A stretch of 64,000 nucleotides of DNA from Ignavibacteriota bacterium (GTDB taxonomy: Bacteria > Bacteroidota > Ignavibacteria > UBA10030 > UBA6906). The first letter of the stretch is position 1. Each line of letters starts with the position of its first letter. Where the stretch lies: positions 896,001-960,000 of the forward strand of contig CAWDEM010000008.1 of assembly GCA_963801355.1 (NCBI GenBank), given 5' to 3'. The notes under the pieces are model-generated. The model was not told the DNA's origin and did not search any database. It saw only the letters and a program-made list of their open reading frames with translations. Shown here in pieces: positions 27,730-36,410 of the stretch. Both the position numbers and the translations under genes were made by a program.

Positions 27730-29154
27730 TCAAACGAGGACGTGCAAAGCGTGCTCTAGACGGCGCGCACAGGTCGTTTTCCCCAGCACTTCCATCAGTT
27801 CGAACAGCCCCGGCCCCGTGGACCGTCCGGTCAGGGCGAGCCGCATCGGATGGATCAGCTTCCCCGGGCCCACGCCCAGCTGTTCGGCTGTCTGCCGTAC
27901 CACCCCTTCCACCGCATGTCCGGAAAAGCTTTCCAACCCCTTCAGCACATCCAGGACTGCACGAACGTATTTCGGACTTTCGGCCTTCCAGTTCTTCCTG
28001 CGGGCCTCTTCATCATAGTGATCCGGATCTGAGAAGAAAAAGTCGGCCGTTTCCTTGAAGTCGGTGAGCTTCGTCACCCGCTCTTTCGTAAGCCGGACGA
28101 CCTGCTCCAGATACTGCTCGCTGACTCCCTTGATCCCTCCCTCTTCCAACACAGGCCGGACAACGCAGGCAAGTTCCTGGTCCGTCTTCGTGCGCATATA
28201 GTGCTTGTTGACGGAGTCCAGCTTGTCCAGGTTGAACACCGCGCCGGACTTCCCCACCCGCTCCAGGCTGAATTCCCCGATCAACTCTTCGGTCGTGAAG
28301 ATCTCCCGTTCGTCGCCCGGATTCCACCCCAGCAACGCAATGAAATTCACAAGGGCGTCAGGAAGATAGCCCTTCTTTTGATAGTCTTCAACTGCAACAT
28401 CACCCTGGCGTTTCGAGAGTTTTGAGCGGTCGGGATTCAGCAAAAGCGGAAGATGAGCAAAGACCGGTTTTTCCCATCCGAAATACTCATACAGGAGGAT
28501 GTGTTTGGGGGTGCTTGGCAGCCACTCCTCTCCCCGTATCACGTGGGTGACCTCCATGAAATGGTCATCCACAACATTCGCCAGATGATACGTGGGATAT
28601 CCGTCAGATTTCAGGAGCACCTGATCATTCACAAGATCGCTGGCAAATTCCAGTTGCCCGCGAATGACGTCAGCGAACGTGATCGTGACTCCATCCGGCA
28701 CTTTCATCCGGATTGCGGCCGGTTCTCCGTTGTGCAAACGCCGTTCCACTTCCGCCGCATCAAGAAGGTCCGCTCGCCGTGCAATTGCCGGAGGAGTGCT
28801 TTCCTGCTCCTCGTCTTCTTCACGATCCACAAAATCGTAATAGGCTTTTCCTTCGCGCACGAGGCGTTCAGCGCACTCCTTGTAGAGCGTCAGTCTTTCC
28901 GACTGAATATAGGGGCCCTTGGGACCACCGATGACCGGGCCCTCGTCATACTGGAGCCCGGCCCATGCCAGTGTGCGGATCAGGTTCTCGACGGCACCCG
29001 GGACGAAGCGGTTCCGGTCGGTATCCTCGATGCGGAGGATGAACACGCCGCCATGCTTTCTCGCGAAGAGATAATTGTAGAGAGCGGTGCGCAGACCGCC
29101 GATGTGGAGGAATCCGGTTGGACTCGGGGCGAAGCGAAGTCGAATGTTCGGCAA
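27730..29154 (-). CDS. gltX: Glutamate--tRNA ligase
   Basis: RFAPSPTGFLHIG, LRIEDTD, PTYHLANVVDDH, IRGEEWL, KLSKR. Confidence 0.96.
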   Translation of the reverse strand: MPNIRLRFAPSPTGFLHIGGLRTALYNYLFARKHGGVFILRIEDTDRNRFVPGAVENLIRTLAWAGLQYDEGPVIGGPKGPYIQSERLTLYKECAERLVREGKAYYDFVDREEDEEQESTPPAIARRADLLDAAEVERRLHNGEPAAIRMKVPDGVTITFADVIRGQLEFASDLVNDQVLLKSDGYPTYHLANVVDDHFMEVTHVIRGEEWLPSTPKHILLYEYFGWEKPVFAHLPLLLNPDRSKLSKRQGDVAVEDYQKKGYLPDALVNFIALLGWNPGDEREIFTTEELIGEFSLERVGKSGAVFNLDKLDSVNKHYMRTKTDQELACVVRPVLEEGGIKGVSEQYLEQVVRLTKERVTKLTDFKETADFFFSDPDHYDEEARRKNWKAESPKYVRAVLDVLKGLESFSGHAVEGVVRQTAEQLGVGPGKLIHPMRLALTGRSTGPGLFELMEVLGKTTCARRLEHALHVLV

Positions 29155-29254
29155 TGCCTGGCAATTATCCGATGATAGACATTCGTGACTGTGTTGCAGC
29201 CGTCGGTTTCAGCTAATTTAGCGAATGTCGAAGTGATTTGCCACCGCTCACCCC

Positions 29255-31198
29255 CTACCTGCGCTTCACGCTCATCAGATCTTCGACCTCATCCAGCACC
29301 TGGCCGTGTTCACTCAGTACCTGGAGGCTCAGTTTGCCGGCAGAAGTTTGAATCATCACGGCGTGGGCAAGCGGCGTGAAATAGAGCACGCTCCCGCTCC
29401 AGGGGGCTCTTTGCTGTGCATAGTAAGGCGCGCCGGCACCTCCTGATATGACGAACCAGGTCGGCAACTTGAGCGCCGGGTTGGGCGACAGCACGCCATC
29501 ATCCAGTTTTCCATTGCCATCCAGATCATCCCGAAGAATGCCGACGCGGGTCGTGTCGGTAATGAGCATGCGATGATAGTTGTGCTCATCCGAGGCAAAG
29601 ACAACGGCCACCTTGGGATTCAGGGCCAATTTCTCCCAGAGCCGGTTGCGGACCTCCAGCACCCCCTGTGCATACGGAACCGGGAGTCCCCGTTCGTCTA
29701 CCCTGAATGCGCGGACCCGGTTGTCGCCATTGTACCACATTCCATCTCCGATGTGTCCGCCGCCCGGAAACGCCGGTTCATGCCCCAGGACGACAATGTA
29801 CTTCACGTCGTCATCGACTTCACCTGATTCGAGTTCCCGCTCTATCCAGAGTAATTGGTCGGGAAGCAGGTAGCCCTCGGGCGAGCCACCGTAGTCCGGT
29901 ATGCGGCTCTCGGCGGTCCACCAGTAGTTGCTGTTATACACAATAAACTTCACCGGCCCAAAGTGGAATGAATAGACATTTTCGCGATATGGCGGCATGC
30001 CGGGAAGTGGTGTGGGGGCATTCACCGGATGAATGAACTCCTGCGCAAAGACCGCCTCTGAACTGACGGAATCATACGGCCAGCGGTCCATGCCGATACC
30101 GTACCGGCTGCCATCGTCATAGATATGGAGGAGGGATTCATGATTTCCCATCGCTGAGTACACAGGGCGGCTGTGCACAAACGGCGCGATAGCCTGTTTG
30201 AAGCCCTTGCTCTGGAATCTGTAGCCGTCGGGTGAATTTGTGTGACCGGACATGACATCCCCGCCGAACAGCATGAATGCCGCACCCCGGCGGTACGCAA
30301 CGGATGCGAGGGTACCCAGGACTCTTCTGTTCACACCCACGTAGGAAAATTCGCCGCCGCCTGCCGCAGCACGCGCATCCCCGGCGTAGGAGAAGCAAAT
30401 CGGGTAATCGCCTTTCGGAGGAGCCGTATGAAACCCGATCCAGGGTGTCGTCGCGGTATCACTTTCGCTCCAGACGAAAAATCGATAGCGATACGATTGG
30501 GAAGCCTTCAGTCCATTGACCTTGATTTCGTGCCTGAGGGCTGCCGGGCCGCCCCGGTACCGGCCGATCCCTTCAATCTCCACCGAAGCGTACGCAGGGC
30601 GGTCGGTTTCTCCAGCAATCACTATCCAGTCGGGGTGGTCGCTCACGATCAGCCCCACCGTGGGTCCTTCCACAATCGATAGAATCGGCCGAATGCCCTT
30701 TGGTGTTAAACGAATCCAGACACGTGAATCGAAGTAGCCCGCGTTCACAGGCGTACTCCCCTTCGACTGAACGAGGTCCAGCCTGTACCCGAGGACGCCG
30801 GCATCCGTCCACCCGTTTGCATTCCACGTTTGTTTCGGGTCGAAGTAGGCGCGAACCGGGAGGACTCCCCTTCCCTTTTCTATCGCGACTGACTGACGGT
30901 AGCGGGGTTCAAGGTAGTCTGCATGGTCCGCATCGAAAAACGCGGGTCCTGCGTGGAGCCGTCCGTACAACGTGGTATCATGCAGATCCACGAGGAATGC
31001 ATCCCCCTTTTCATCCGCACGTAACATGTTCACCGGTTGAAACTGCGTCCATTCCAGAGCGGCGAACTTCATCTCGCTTCTTGATGTGATTCCAGCTCCC
31101 TCGGGAGGTTTCACGGGAAGCCGGGTTTGCCCCGGGCTCGAATCAAGCATGCTAAGGAGCGAAAACAGCACGAGGCTGACGCGAACGAAGTGGGTCAT
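29255..31198 (-). CDS. Secreted calcineurin-like metallophosphoesterase with FN3/purple-acid-phosphatase-type N-terminal domain
   Basis: Signal peptide; HEIKVNGLKASQSYRY..FHTAP; motifs GD, GGD, GNHE, LGHEP, SDEHNY; SGGAGAP. Confidence 0.82.
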   Translation of the reverse strand: MTHFVRVSLVLFSLLSMLDSSPGQTRLPVKPPEGAGITSRSEMKFAALEWTQFQPVNMLRADEKGDAFLVDLHDTTLYGRLHAGPAFFDADHADYLEPRYRQSVAIEKGRGVLPVRAYFDPKQTWNANGWTDAGVLGYRLDLVQSKGSTPVNAGYFDSRVWIRLTPKGIRPILSIVEGPTVGLIVSDHPDWIVIAGETDRPAYASVEIEGIGRYRGGPAALRHEIKVNGLKASQSYRYRFFVWSESDTATTPWIGFHTAPPKGDYPICFSYAGDARAAAGGGEFSYVGVNRRVLGTLASVAYRRGAAFMLFGGDVMSGHTNSPDGYRFQSKGFKQAIAPFVHSRPVYSAMGNHESLLHIYDDGSRYGIGMDRWPYDSVSSEAVFAQEFIHPVNAPTPLPGMPPYRENVYSFHFGPVKFIVYNSNYWWTAESRIPDYGGSPEGYLLPDQLLWIERELESGEVDDDVKYIVVLGHEPAFPGGGHIGDGMWYNGDNRVRAFRVDERGLPVPYAQGVLEVRNRLWEKLALNPKVAVVFASDEHNYHRMLITDTTRVGILRDDLDGNGKLDDGVLSPNPALKLPTWFVISGGAGAPYYAQQRAPWSGSVLYFTPLAHAVMIQTSAGKLSLQVLSEHGQVLDEVEDLMSVKRR

Positions 31199-31281
31199 GG
31201 GTTGAGCCTTTGCATGGGGAAGCCCTGGTTCATGCAGCCGGCGATGTTGTGCCGGCTTGCCGGCATAAACGGAATTACTGC

Positions 31282-31310
31282 AAGATACGGATACACGGAC
31301 GCATGGTCAA
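31282..31310 (-). promoter_or_regulatory. Predicted sigma70 promoter of the metallophosphoesterase
   Basis: TTGACC-17 nt-TATCTT. Confidence 0.6.
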
Positions 31311-31313
31311 TGC

Positions 31314-31343
31314 TGCAACGATGCATTGTGCAACGATGCATTG
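31314..31343. promoter_or_regulatory. Perfect 15-bp tandem repeat, candidate operator pair
   Basis: TGCAACGATGCATTG x2, 3 bp upstream of the predicted -35. Confidence 0.55.
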
Positions 31344-31472
31344 CCCGCCGGGGTTCCCTGAGGTCATTCCTCGTTTCCGGGAATTTGTGTGTTCCAGGAA
31401 TTTGTGGCAGTGTGTTATACCTCCTGATTTCTTTGTATCTTCCCTTGCACCCTGCACAATTGCGATCGCCAC

Positions 31473-32666
31473 ATGCCAACCCGGATCCAGTCAATCGACA
31501 TCTTCCGCGGTCTTACCATTCTGACGATGGTCTTCGTCAACGATCTGGCGGGAGTCAGCAACATTCCCGGCTGGATGAAACATGCCCTCGAAGGCTCCAA
31601 CAGTATGACATTTGTCGACGTAGTATTCCCGGCGTTTCTGTTCATTGTCGGGATGTCGATCCCGCTCGCGCTCGAACGCAGGCGAGCGAAAGGCGCCTCC
31701 GCCGGCGCACTCTGGAGCCACGTTCTGATCAGGTTTGCCGGTCTGATCGTGCTCGGAATCTTCATGGTAAACATCGGCCGCTTGAATCCGGATCTTACCG
31801 GAATGGACCGCCACGTCTGGTCCACGCTATTCTTTCTGGGTGCGATAGCCGCGTGGGCACAGCCCCCCGAACTCAGCGGGAAGAAGCAGACCGTCTGGCG
31901 GTTGGTGAGAATTGCCGGGTTTCTCCTTATCGCCGGACTCGCGGTTGTCTACCGCAGTGGGGATGCCGCGTCTCCCGGATGGATGCAGACTCAATGGTGG
32001 GGCATCCTCGGGTTGATCGGGTGGACCTATCTCATCTGCTCTGCCGCATTTCTTCTGTTCGGGGCGAACATCCCGGCCCTGACCGCATTGCTCGCGCTCT
32101 CCGTCTGCCTGTACATCGGCGACAGAGCCGGGGCGCTCGCCTTCCTCGGGCCGGTCAACGACGTGCTCTGGATCGGCGGGCATATCGGTGGACATGTTTC
32201 CATTGCGGCAGCGGGCATGATTGCCGGACTTCTGTTCGCCCCATTGTCACCGGCGCCGACGTCCGGGGGGAAGGTGTACTGGCTCATCGGCATGGCCGTG
32301 GCACTGGCCTGCGCCGGATACCTGCTGAGCCCACTTCACGGCATCTCCAAGAACATGGCGACACCAGCCTGGTCTCTGTACAGTGCTGCGATTTGCTGTC
32401 TTGCGTTCATCGTGCTCTACTGGATTGCCGACATCCGCCTGAGAGGGAGTCTCTTCAAGTTCGCCGAACCTGCAGGCGCAAATCCACTTCTGGCCTATAT
32501 ACTTCCTGACATATTCTATGGGATATTGGCCATCGTCGGAATTGAGCAGTTGTGGGGAGGGATCGGCTCAGGGATTCCGGGCATCGCCCGGTCGGTCGTT
32601 TTCTCCCTGGCGATCGTGTGGCTGACTGGAAGGCTTACTCGGCTGGGACTGAGGCTAAAGTTGTAG
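31473..32666 (+). CDS. DUF5009 / heparan-alpha-glucosaminide N-acetyltransferase-like membrane protein
   Basis: RIQSIDIFRGLTI..MVFVND, TFVDVVFPAFLFIVGMSIP, WWGILGLIGWTY, ISKNMATPAW, GANPLLAYILP. Confidence 0.9.
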   Translation: MPTRIQSIDIFRGLTILTMVFVNDLAGVSNIPGWMKHALEGSNSMTFVDVVFPAFLFIVGMSIPLALERRRAKGASAGALWSHVLIRFAGLIVLGIFMVNIGRLNPDLTGMDRHVWSTLFFLGAIAAWAQPPELSGKKQTVWRLVRIAGFLLIAGLAVVYRSGDAASPGWMQTQWWGILGLIGWTYLICSAAFLLFGANIPALTALLALSVCLYIGDRAGALAFLGPVNDVLWIGGHIGGHVSIAAAGMIAGLLFAPLSPAPTSGGKVYWLIGMAVALACAGYLLSPLHGISKNMATPAWSLYSAAICCLAFIVLYWIADIRLRGSLFKFAEPAGANPLLAYILPDIFYGILAIVGIEQLWGGIGSGIPGIARSVVFSLAIVWLTGRLTRLGLRLKL

Positions 32667-32676
32667 GGGTGGGGAT

Positions 32677-32737
32677 GTTAGGCTTAAGTTAGGCTTTAAA
32701 GTCAGGCTTCAAAGTCAGGCTTTAAGGTTTGGGTTTT
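32677..32737. repeat. 13-bp tandem micro-repeat (GTYAGGCTTTAAA-like) between convergent genes
   Basis: gttaggcttaa / gttaggctttaaa / gtcaggcttcaaa / gtcaggctttaag / gtttgggtttt. Confidence 0.85.
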
Positions 32738-32763
32738 TGGGGAAGCTGCAGGAGGGGAGGAAT

Positions 32764-33924
32764 TTAGGATTTTATTCTGGGGGGTCTGAGCGGGAGCCTC
32801 ATCCAGGCAAGGCCGATGTCACGACGGGTGTGCCCCTTCCCCTCTCCTTCGACCCCGTCATAGAAAAGGGCCAACCGTTCCCCGAAACGGATGACGCTCG
32901 GGAGCCCGATCACCCGCTTTGACCATTTGCAGTTGCGGCCGTCCAACGCCACGGCCTTCTGCGACGGATCCCACTTCTCGATATCCTTCGACCAGTAGAC
33001 CCAGATGGCATCAGTATACTCGTCATCTCCCTCGTACCATCCAACATGGTTTGTGAAGAGGAACCATGTATCGTTGGCCTCTTCATAATAGAGTGCGGCA
33101 TTTTCGATCTGTTCTTCCAGAGGCAGGATCGGTTCGGGCGACATCACCCAGTTGCTGTCAAGATTCCGGGTCCTCGCTATGCCGAGTGTCCGCCTGATGG
33201 CACCATCGGTCAACACCGCTGCGCTGAAGAACTGCAGATACTCGCCATTGCGCTTGATAATCTGACCCGGACTGGTCGTATGGGAATAATACGTCCCGGG
33301 AACAGGACGGAGCGGAACGATGCCGCGCTGTTTTGTCCACGGACCGTAGGGCGTATGGCTATGTGCCTTCAGCGTCAGGTACGGCAGTGAGGGCACGCGT
33401 TCCGGCGGGGGCGAGGTGAACTGTGTTCCCAGGTAGAACATGTGCCATCCCGAGTCGTCCGCGACCGTGAGGCCATAGGAAGCACTCTTCGAGTCTTCCT
33501 CGCCTTCTTTTCCCAGGGCAAGCACGGGGCCGTCGACCTTCCAATTCAGGAGATCGGTTGAGCGGGCACGGACGGTCAGCCACCCTTGCGGTCCGGCACC
33601 GTCGTAGTGCATCAGGAAGTCGTTGCCTGCTCTGAAGACCCAGACATCCCGTGCACCATACAGATCGCAGCTGTCCGGACCCGATCCATGGCGAAGAACG
33701 ACGCCATGGTCCCGGGCATTCAAGCGATGATCGGAATGCGGCCGTCTGTCGACGTACCGGCTGGTCGTCCCGCAACCTGCAAGCAGCAGTGCAGCGGTCA
33801 ACAGCGCAAATCCTCCCACGTGATTCAAGGACGTCGCTGCGCGATGCCGGGGGGACCCGGGGAAATGCACGGGAGCGTGCGGGGTGTAAGCCCTTTCGAG
33901 GGCGTTGGCGACACTCTGGTTCAT
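32764..33924 (-). CDS. Probable lipoprotein glycosidase, five-bladed beta-propeller (GH43/32/130-like)
   Basis: Lipobox LLLAGC; repeated propeller blades (FLMHYDG, STDLLNWK, WHMFYLG, WSKDIEKW, LALFYDG, RDIGLA); start uncertain, as the lipobox is about 50 aa from ATG 33924. Confidence 0.7.
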   Translation of the reverse strand: MNQSVANALERAYTPHAPVHFPGSPRHRAATSLNHVGGFALLTAALLLAGCGTTSRYVDRRPHSDHRLNARDHGVVLRHGSGPDSCDLYGARDVWVFRAGNDFLMHYDGAGPQGWLTVRARSTDLLNWKVDGPVLALGKEGEEDSKSASYGLTVADDSGWHMFYLGTQFTSPPPERVPSLPYLTLKAHSHTPYGPWTKQRGIVPLRPVPGTYYSHTTSPGQIIKRNGEYLQFFSAAVLTDGAIRRTLGIARTRNLDSNWVMSPEPILPLEEQIENAALYYEEANDTWFLFTNHVGWYEGDDEYTDAIWVYWSKDIEKWDPSQKAVALDGRNCKWSKRVIGLPSVIRFGERLALFYDGVEGEGKGHTRRDIGLAWMRLPLRPPRIKS

Positions 33925-33925
33925 A

Positions 33926-35140
33926 TCAAAGGCCGGGAGCTTCATCGGTATTCGCCTTCTCTTCATCTGCCTGCGGCAAAATGCCGCGTTGCTGCCGGAG
34001 ATCCTCGATCTGCTTGAGGGGGCGCTCAAGTGCGCGGCGTCTCGTGGAGATCAGTTGCTGGTATTCTGACTGTGCATCTTCGATGCGCTTCCCCATTTTC
34101 TCAAACCCCGCAACGAACAGCTCCCATTGCTTGCCAAAATTGCCGAGCAGAGACAGGATTTGGGCGGCGGTCTGTTCGAGGTTGAAATTGTCCACCGCCT
34201 GCCGGACCACCGCGAGAATGGCATACAGTGTCAGGGGTGAACAGAGAATGATCTTCTGTCGCAGGGCGTCATCCATCACCGTCCGATCGTTCTCGTTGAT
34301 GAACGCATAAATCTGTTCATTGGGAATAAAGACAAGCGCGTAATCGATGGTCTGCTCGGCGGGATTGACGTACCCGCGTCCCGTCACCTCTTTGATGCGA
34401 TTCCGCACATCGGAAAGGAATTTCCGCTTCGCCGCCTGCCGGTCGACTTCGGCCTCGGCCTCGATATACAGCATATAGTTGTCAAGCGGGAATTTCACGT
34501 CCATATTCAGACGCCGATTCTGTGGGAGTAAGAACGTGAAATCCGGGATAGTGGTTCCTCCGGGAACCGCACGCTGCTTGACATAGTTGATGCCTTCGAC
34601 GAATCCTGCCAGACGGAGCACATCTTCCGCCATACGCTGTCCCCATTGGCCACGGACGTCGCGGCTCGCGAGCGCGCGGCGCAGGTGCTCAGTGGTTTCA
34701 CGCAGCCGTTCTGTCTCCCCGGCGGTGCGGCGGAGCTGATCGGTCACCTCGCCAAACTTCTGCTCCCGGTCCCGTTCGAGCCCGCCGACCATATCCTGAA
34801 CGCTGGCGAGGTCCTTCTCGATCTGCATGAGTGACGCATCGATCAGTTCCTTTTTTCCTTCAAGATCCTTCTGGCCGGCCAGGGATTGGCGGGCGAGAGT
34901 CTCGTTTGCCAGGCGGAGGAATTCGTTGCTGTTCCGGGTGAGGGCATCGAGGGAGAGCGTACCGAAGGCATCTCTTACACGGTCAAGCAGGAGCTGCGTT
35001 TCGCGGGATCGTTGTTCGTTATTCTCCGCAAGCAATTGTGCGGCCACCTCCCGCGCGTGGCGTGCGTACAGCACACCGATGACAAGCACGATCAGCGCGC
35101 CCGCAACGGCACCCAGGATGAGAGCGAGAGTTGTGTCCAC
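33926..35140 (-). CDS. rmuC: DNA recombination protein RmuC
   Basis: N-terminal TM helix and coiled coil, RGQWGQ, PD..LP..DVKFPL, FIPNEQIY, SPLTL; GTG start approximate. Confidence 0.92.
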   Translation of the reverse strand: MDTTLALILGAVAGALIVLVIGVLYARHAREVAAQLLAENNEQRSRETQLLLDRVRDAFGTLSLDALTRNSNEFLRLANETLARQSLAGQKDLEGKKELIDASLMQIEKDLASVQDMVGGLERDREQKFGEVTDQLRRTAGETERLRETTEHLRRALASRDVRGQWGQRMAEDVLRLAGFVEGINYVKQRAVPGGTTIPDFTFLLPQNRRLNMDVKFPLDNYMLYIEAEAEVDRQAAKRKFLSDVRNRIKEVTGRGYVNPAEQTIDYALVFIPNEQIYAFINENDRTVMDDALRQKIILCSPLTLYAILAVVRQAVDNFNLEQTAAQILSLLGNFGKQWELFVAGFEKMGKRIEDAQSEYQQLISTRRRALERPLKQIEDLRQQRGILPQADEEKANTDEAPGL

Positions 35141-35168
35141 ATCTACCACAGGGGAGTCATCATGCCCA

Positions 35169-35197
35169 AATATACCTTCATTCGTCCTGCAAATCAA
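35169..35197 (-). promoter_or_regulatory. Predicted sigma70 promoter of rmuC
   Basis: TTGATT-17 nt-TATATT. Confidence 0.6.
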
Positions 35198-35299
35198 GGA
35201 ATCGTCGTTCGACTCGATCTATCAATCAGGCAACCAGGGAATCGAATCAGAACGCCCTCCAACGCTTCGCCCGGTGACCGGGAAAACCGGCCGGGCGCA

Positions 35300-35328
35300 T
35301 TGACATCACGGGCGCAGATTTGTATCAT
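35300..35328 (+). promoter_or_regulatory. Predicted sigma70 promoter of nitroreductase-tadA
   Basis: TTGACA-17 nt-TATCAT. Confidence 0.7.
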
Positions 35329-35380
35329 GAGCATTGTCGCAACCGGAAGATCACACGCACAACACATCGGCGGAACCACT

Positions 35381-35890
35381 ATGGACGCACTTGAGGCATT
35401 GTTCAGCAGGAGGAGCATCCGCCGGTATCTCGCCGGCGAGGTCGGCCCGAACGACCTCAAACTGATTCTGCGGGCGGCCATGGCGGCCCCCTCCGCCGGC
35501 AACGAGCAGCCGTGGCACTTCGTCATCATCCGGGATCGGCAGACTCTCATCGAGCTCAGTACGACCCATCGCTACGCTGAGATGGTCGCACATGCTTCAC
35601 TGGCCATTCTCGTCTGTGCGGACATGAACATCGTGAAGCATACCGATTACTGGCCCCAGGATTGTGCGGCGGCAACGCAGAACATGCTCATTGCCGTACA
35701 CAGCCTCGGTCTCGGAAGCGTCTGGGTGGGAGTGTATCCACGGCAAGCCCGGATGGACGAGGTTCGCCGGGTCATTGCCCTCCCGGAGAACATCATTCCG
35801 TTCAGCTTGCTGCCCGTAGGCTTCCCCGATGAGAAGAAGGCCGGCGCCGACCGGTTCTTGACAGAGAGACTACATGAGGACAAGTGGTGA
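35381..35890 (+). CDS. Nitroreductase family protein
   Basis: [42 protein letters not shown]; start re-placed at MDALEAL. Confidence 0.93.
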   Translation: MDALEALFSRRSIRRYLAGEVGPNDLKLILRAAMAAPSAGNEQPWHFVIIRDRQTLIELSTTHRYAEMVAHASLAILVCADMNIVKHTDYWPQDCAAATQNMLIAVHSLGLGSVWVGVYPRQARMDEVRRVIALPENIIPFSLLPVGFPDEKKAGADRFLTERLHEDKW

Positions 35891-36360
35891 ACGAGATCCT
35901 GCCCCCGCCCGACGATGAACGGTGGATGGAATACGCGCTGAAAGAGGCCGGCCAGGCATTGCGACGCAAAGAAGTGCCCATCGGCGCGGTACTTATACAG
36001 GAAAACCGGATCATCGGACGCGGATATAATCAGACGGAGTCGCTCCAGGACCCGACCGCCCATGCGGAGATGATTGCGATCACTGCAGCGGCGACGCATC
36101 TCGGGAGTCGCCGGCTGGAGGGATGCACGCTGTACGTCACCCTGGAGCCATGCGCGATGTGTGCCGGTGCGATCGTACTGGCGCGCATTCCAAGACTGGT
36201 ATTCGGCGCATTCGACCCCAAGGCCGGCGCGTGCGGCACACTGTACAATCTTGTTCAGGATGCCCGGCTGAATCACCGGGTGGAGATGGCGGGCGGGATC
36301 CTTGCGGAAAAGTGCGGGGGGATGCTAAAAGAATTTTTTGCGGGGGTACGGGACAAGTAG
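35887..36360 (+). CDS. tadA: tRNA adenosine(34) deaminase
   Basis: [40 protein letters not shown]; GTGA overlap with the nitroreductase stop. Confidence 0.94.
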   Translation: MNEILPPPDDERWMEYALKEAGQALRRKEVPIGAVLIQENRIIGRGYNQTESLQDPTAHAEMIAITAAATHLGSRRLEGCTLYVTLEPCAMCAGAIVLARIPRLVFGAFDPKAGACGTLYNLVQDARLNHRVEMAGGILAEKCGGMLKEFFAGVRDK

Positions 36361-36366
36361 GCCCGG

Positions 36367-36409
36367 ACCAATGGACAATAGTCCATTGACCATTGACAAT
36401 TGTCAATCG
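36367..36409. repeat. Heptamer-array element (copy 2), between convergent tadA and prfA
   Basis: accaatggacaatagtccattgaccattgacaattgtcaatcg; 38/43 identical to the reverse complement of 6463-6505. Confidence 0.85.
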
Positions 36410-36410
36410 A

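Noticed and set aside
31127-32509. 460-aa alternative plus-strand frame over the DUF5009 gene and 99-aa ORF 31195-31494
   Set aside because: Overlap a clearly conserved gene or the repeat-containing divergent promoter region; low-complexity, motif-free translations
35141-35197. ORF-track N-terminal extensions (rmuC from 35197; likewise asnS from 23640, CYTH from 6524, nuoN from 13537, nitroreductase from 34886)
   Set aside because: The extensions run through predicted promoters, repeats or neighbouring genes; conserved domains begin at the later starts
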